A stretch of DNA of 29,588 nucleotides from the IMG/VR virus record IMGVR_UViG_3300009472_000016, positions 1 to 29,588 of that record. The stretch is one strand, 5' to 3'. This DNA comes from a virus (taxonomy: Duplodnaviria > Caudoviricetes). The notes below the pieces were generated by a model. The model made no database searches, was not told where the DNA came from, and was given only the letters and a program-made list of their open reading frames with translations. Shown piece by piece: positions 25,543 to 29,588 of this stretch. Numbering within the stretch: the stretch's first letter is position 1; every line of letters starts with the position of its first letter. The position numbers were made by a program, and so were the translations under genes.

Positions 25543-25563
25543 GCCCCGCCCGGACCCCCGCCC

Positions 25564-25953
25564 ATGACCCGTCCCGCTTTCCCCGCCGATATCCGCGCCG
25601 CCGGCACCCGTGTGTTACGCGATGGCTACGCCTACAGCCCGCCTGCCAATGTCGATGTGTCCAACCCGGGGAGTTCCGAAAAACGCCGCCCCAAATCAAC
25701 CGCGGCGTGGGAAGAACGCACCGTGCCGTTCAATCTGCCTTGGGCGGAATGGCTGTTGTTCGAAGTCTGGGTGCGCGAGACCCTTGTCGATGGGACCCTC
25801 TGGTTTGACTGGCAACCGCCCGAAGCCGCCGTGCTGCGCCCGTCCAAATTTGTGATCAATGATGGCCGCGCCTACCCGCCCGCTGTGCCCGCGCCGGGCG
25901 GGCGGATGCGCGTGACCGTGACGATTGCCAGCTTGCGGGCGTCTGTGTCGTGA
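25564..25953 (+). CDS. Distal tail protein (gpM-like)
   Basis: F..W....L.DG..WFDW..P motif; synteny. Confidence 0.7.
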   Translation: MTRPAFPADIRAAGTRVLRDGYAYSPPANVDVSNPGSSEKRRPKSTAAWEERTVPFNLPWAEWLLFEVWVRETLVDGTLWFDWQPPEAAVLRPSKFVINDGRAYPPAVPAPGGRMRVTVTIASLRASVS

Positions 25954-26477
25954 CCGATTTGCCCAAAATCGCCAAGACCCGCGCCGGGCTGGAAGCCATG
26001 ACGGCAAGCGAAGACACGGATGTCTGGTTGCCGCTGCTGCGGCTGGAATGTGCCGACTTTGACTTTGTCGATATTGACGAATTTGACGGCTTTGACCCGG
26101 GCGTCCTGCGCTTTGTCGCCAATGAGGAAGACATCATCAGCGACGGCGAGCTTTATCTGGCGTGGGGGTTTGATTACGTTCCGCCCGCCCAAGGTCTGGC
26201 GGGCACGGCGCCGCGTCTGCGGATGGATAATGTCGATCGCCGCATCACCCAGGCGATCAAACTACTGCCCGCGGACGCCGATATTCAAGCCCGGGTCGAT
26301 ATCGTCCTGTCCGGGGACCCCGACACGGTCGAACGTTCCACCCCGCGCCTGCGGGTCGGGGCGATTGATTTTGACGCGCTCGACATCACGGCGACCTTGG
26401 CGGTCCGTGACGATAGTCGCGTTGCGATTTCCAGTTTCAATTATGACCGGGCAACGACGCCCGCGCTGCACGACTGA
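25950..26477 (+). CDS. DUF1833 / gpL-like minor tail protein
   Basis: LRFVAN.EDI...G..Y.A.GF..VPP, L.MDNVDR.I, PD.VE, TPAL. Confidence 0.8.
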   Translation: MTDLPKIAKTRAGLEAMTASEDTDVWLPLLRLECADFDFVDIDEFDGFDPGVLRFVANEEDIISDGELYLAWGFDYVPPAQGLAGTAPRLRMDNVDRRITQAIKLLPADADIQARVDIVLSGDPDTVERSTPRLRVGAIDFDALDITATLAVRDDSRVAISSFNYDRATTPALHD

Positions 26478-26950
26478 TGGCTGGTCTGTTCCCGTTTTTC
26501 TGCGTGCCGGTGGGCTGGCAGTCTGGTCTGATCGGGTCACCGTGGGAATTGGACGCGGCTGGGCCGGATGCGTTCGACTGCTGGGGTCTCGTCGAACATG
26601 TCTGGGCCGAACAGGCCGGGCTTGACCTGTCGCCGTTTCGCGCGGGCGAGGTTTCGGGTGAGCTCCGCGCGCGTCACAAACAAGTGGCGGTCTGGACGGC
26701 GGACGCGGTGGACGCGCAGCGTTTCATTGCGCTGGCCCAGCCCCGCCCACTGGCCATCGGCATCGTCCGGCACAAGCGCTTTCCGGTCCATGTCGGTCTG
26801 TACGCCGAAGGCGGTCTGTTCGTTCATGCCTGTCAGGATAGCGGACAGGTCCGGCAGGACCGGGTCAGCAACTACCGCACGGCCAAAGGCTCCCGCCTGA
26901 CGGGCTGGTACTGGCCCGCCGCCACCACGCTCCGTGTGAAAGCTGCCTGA
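26477..26950 (+). CDS. NlpC/P60 tail assembly protein (gpK-like)
   Basis: GPDAFDCWGLV (Cys), HVGLY (His), FVHA. Confidence 0.88.
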   Translation: MAGLFPFFCVPVGWQSGLIGSPWELDAAGPDAFDCWGLVEHVWAEQAGLDLSPFRAGEVSGELRARHKQVAVWTADAVDAQRFIALAQPRPLAIGIVRHKRFPVHVGLYAEGGLFVHACQDSGQVRQDRVSNYRTAKGSRLTGWYWPAATTLRVKAA

Positions 26951-29588
26951 TGCGCCCCCTTGATTTTGAAAAATTCACTGCCGCGCAAGTCGCGCGCGCG
27001 CCCGAAGGTCAGTCGATTGACGCCGCCGTGCGCCATCACCTGCGCGACCCGGTGTTGCAAAGTTTCGCCGTGGTCGAGCTGGACGGCGAAACTGTTCCGC
27101 GCGCGGATTGGGCGACGACAATCCTGAAAGCCGGGCAGCGCCTGCGGGTCGCCCTGCGTCCGCGCGGGGAGACGGGCCGCAAAGTGCTGCGCACGGTTCT
27201 GCTGATCGCCGTCGTCGTCGTCGCGACGTGGATCACGGCGGGCGGTATTGCCGCGCTTGGCTCCGGCTTCACGGCCTCTATTGCCGCCGCAGGCTTCACG
27301 GCGGTCGCCAGCCTCGCGATTAATGCTCTGATCCCCCCGCCCGGTCTGGGTGACGGGGCGAAGCAGGAAGTCGATCCGACCTACAGCCTGTCCGGCACCC
27401 GCAACCAGATGCGCCAAAATGCGGCGATCCCGATCACGCTGGGCTCGCACCGCTACACGCCGGATCTGATCACGCAGCAATATCAGGAAGTGGTCGGGGA
27501 TGACATTTGGTTGCGCTTCGGCGTCTGCTGGGGCGTTGGATCCTACGAGGTCGAAGATCTGCGCATCGGCGAAACCCCGATCAGTGAATTTGACGGCATT
27601 CAGGTCCAGCACCAACTGACCCCGGACGCGCCGCCGACGACGCTGATCCGGTCTGATTTTACGCAGGACGCCGTCGGCGCAACGCTAGACACGGGCTGGA
27701 CGACGCGCCGCACGGCGGCGGATGCGGCGGACGCCGAAATCCTGATCCAGTTTCCGCGCGGGCTGGGGACGCAGGACGACAAAGGCAATCCCAAAGCCGT
27801 CACAGTCGGGGTGGATGTCCGGGTTCGGGCCGTCAATGATGATGACACGGTCGACGCTTGGACCACGCTGGGCACGGATGATCCGGCGCTCGCGGACCAG
27901 ATCGCGATCGATTATGGCTGGACGGGCCGGTCGGGCTTTCTCAGTTCCGGGATCGGCTCGGCTTGGCCGAATTATGTTGCGGGCCTCGGCGCGGCGGGGG
28001 TCTCGTCGCTGGGCCGCGTGTTTAGTCGCTCTGATTTCAAACCGTTCTCAGCCGTCATTCCGATCGCCCTGCCGACCGGCAAGCGCTTCGACATCTCTGT
28101 GCGCCGCACCACGACCGAAAGCGCGGAAACCGACGTGCTCGACACGGTCAACTGGGCCATCCTGACGACCCATCAAATCGGCGATGTCGTGCGCGATCCG
28201 CGCCTTGCGACCAGTTTCTTCCGGATCAAAGCCTCGGACCAACTGTCGGGGCAAATCAGCGAGCTGAACGGCCTGCTGCACCGTCTCGCCCGGACCTATG
28301 ACGGGCCGTCTGATCCCGGTCTTGCGACCCTGTCGGACTGGAACGGCGACTTGGTCCGCACGTCCAATAATGCCGATGTGCTGCTGGAAGCGGCGCAGGG
28401 CGCCCACACGCTGGTGCCGACACCGGATGATGAGATCAACGCCGAAGATCTGGCGCGTTTCTGGCACTGGTGCTTTGACAATGACTTTACCTTCAACCTG
28501 CCGATCGATGGCGGCATGTCGCGCGGCGATTTGTTTGACGCCATCACCCGCGTCGCCCGCGCCCGGACCTTTCGCCAGAACGGACAGATCCGCATCGCCA
28601 TTGACCGTCCGCGTCCCGAAGGACCGAGTCAGATCCTGACTGAGCGCAATGCGTGGAACTTTAGTTTCACCCGCAGCTTCGCGCCGCCGATCCACGCGTT
28701 GCAGGTGGTGTTTCCGAATGCGGCCAATGACCACCGCGATGACACAATGCGGATCTACGCCGAAGGGTTTGACGACAGCAATGCGACCCTGATCGAAGAC
28801 ACGCCGATGCCGGGCCTGGTCCACGCCGATGACATTCACGGCTACGGCCAATATCTGCTGGCCCAGATGGCGGAGCGGACCCTGATCGCGTCCTGCGATA
28901 TGGATGTGGAGTTCGAGACGCTGGGCCTTGGCGATTATGTCCGGCTCGCCCATCCGGTGCTGGATGAAACTGTGCTGAGCGCCCGCGTGCTGGACCAGAC
29001 CGCGCGCGTAATCGCGATCGATACGGCGCATGATTTTGATCCTGCCCAAAGCTACGTGCTGCGCCACCGCCGCATCAATTCGGACGCAGACGGCGCATGG
29101 CTCGATTGTCAGGGGCTGTACCCGATTGTCACGCCAACGGGTCGCGCCGATCAGCTCACGCTGGCAGATGATCTGCCCGACGGTGTGAGCATCGCGCCGG
29201 ATGATCTGGTCATCGTCGGCATTGCCGGACAGGACAGTTTTGAGGGGCTTATCCGCGACATCGAACCGACCGGCCCCCGCGCCGCGCGGGTCGAAATGGT
29301 CGCCTATCTGCCCGACACGCTGATCAATCCGCCCGCGTCCGGCCACACCCCGTCCGGGGTCCCGCCCTTTGCCCCAGTCCCTGCGCCGTCGCTGGTGGGG
29401 GTGGCCGTGGATGAAGAAACCCTGTCGGTCAGTTTCGACATTGATCCGTCCCTGTCGGCGCGGCTGGCGCGGCTGAGCGTGCGCCACAGGGCCAAGCCCC
29501 CTGTGTCCGCGACGGGCGGTGTGTGGACGGAACATCCGGCGCTCCCAGCCGACGCGCGCAGCCTGTCTCTGGCCATCACCATTCCGGA
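26950..29588 (+). CDS. Tail tip / host specificity protein (gpI-like N-terminus plus gpJ), 3' truncated
   Basis: ATG overlaps the upstream TGA; frame appears open to the window end; YSLSG.RN, IP..LG.HR..PD, DLRIGETPI, FPRGL, RIKASDQLSG. Absent from the ORF track because it has no stop in the window. Confidence 0.88.
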   Translation, partial: MRPLDFEKFTAAQVARAPEGQSIDAAVRHHLRDPVLQSFAVVELDGETVPRADWATTILKAGQRLRVALRPRGETGRKVLRTVLLIAVVVVATWITAGGIAALGSGFTASIAAAGFTAVASLAINALIPPPGLGDGAKQEVDPTYSLSGTRNQMRQNAAIPITLGSHRYTPDLITQQYQEVVGDDIWLRFGVCWGVGSYEVEDLRIGETPISEFDGIQVQHQLTPDAPPTTLIRSDFTQDAVGATLDTGWTTRRTAADAADAEILIQFPRGLGTQDDKGNPKAVTVGVDVRVRAVNDDDTVDAWTTLGTDDPALADQIAIDYGWTGRSGFLSSGIGSAWPNYVAGLGAAGVSSLGRVFSRSDFKPFSAVIPIALPTGKRFDISVRRTTTESAETDVLDTVNWAILTTHQIGDVVRDPRLATSFFRIKASDQLSGQISELNGLLHRLARTYDGPSDPGLATLSDWNGDLVRTSNNADVLLEAAQGAHTLVPTPDDEINAEDLARFWHWCFDNDFTFNLPIDGGMSRGDLFDAITRVARARTFRQNGQIRIAIDRPRPEGPSQILTERNAWNFSFTRSFAPPIHALQVVFPNAANDHRDDTMRIYAEGFDDSNATLIEDTPMPGLVHADDIHGYGQYLLAQMAERTLIASCDMDVEFETLGLGDYVRLAHPVLDETVLSARVLDQTARVIAIDTAHDFDPAQSYVLRHRRINSDADGAWLDCQGLYPIVTPTGRADQLTLADDLPDGVSIAPDDLVIVGIAGQDSFEGLIRDIEPTGPRAARVEMVAYLPDTLINPPASGHTPSGVPPFAPVPAPSLVGVAVDEETLSVSFDIDPSLSARLARLSVRHRAKPPVSATGGVWTEHPALPADARSLSLAITIP

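Larger units (their letters stand above)
1..29588 (+). mobile_element. Temperate lambda-like siphophage genome segment
   Basis: Integrase and att site, cos, and a complete head-tail gene order; no clearly chromosomal genes. Confidence 0.93.

Noticed and set aside
11160-29535. Long minus-strand ORFs (e.g. 12117-13220, 13629-15029, 23773-24909, 28048-29535)
   Set aside because: Antisense shadows of high-GC structural genes with no motifs.

Overview
About 29.6 kb of a temperate lambda-like siphophage, probably from an alphaproteobacterial host (inferred from the tRNA-Val fragment, the ~65% GC estimated by eye, and the gene families). It appears to be in the excised/circular configuration. From left to right: the end of an early operon (sliding clamp, J-domain protein, DUF5131, ASCH-like protein, a C5 DNA methyltransferase split over two fully overlapping reading frames, excisionase-like HTH, tyrosine integrase); attP (3' half of tRNA-Val(GAC) flanked by arm repeats); an accessory/regulatory region (secreted S1/P1 nuclease, a 24-aa peptide + antisense RNA + HTH cassette resembling a toxin-antitoxin system, a C4-like antisense RNA, an iteron-rich putative origin, a DUF6456-like regulator); a lambda-like cos; and the head and tail operon from terminase to the tail-tip J protein, which is cut by the window end. 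The most interesting items are the peptide/antisense/HTH cassette, the dual-frame methyltransferase with a shared ATGTG start, and the attP-adjacent secreted nuclease. All family assignments are from motif recognition by eye; no database searches were run.
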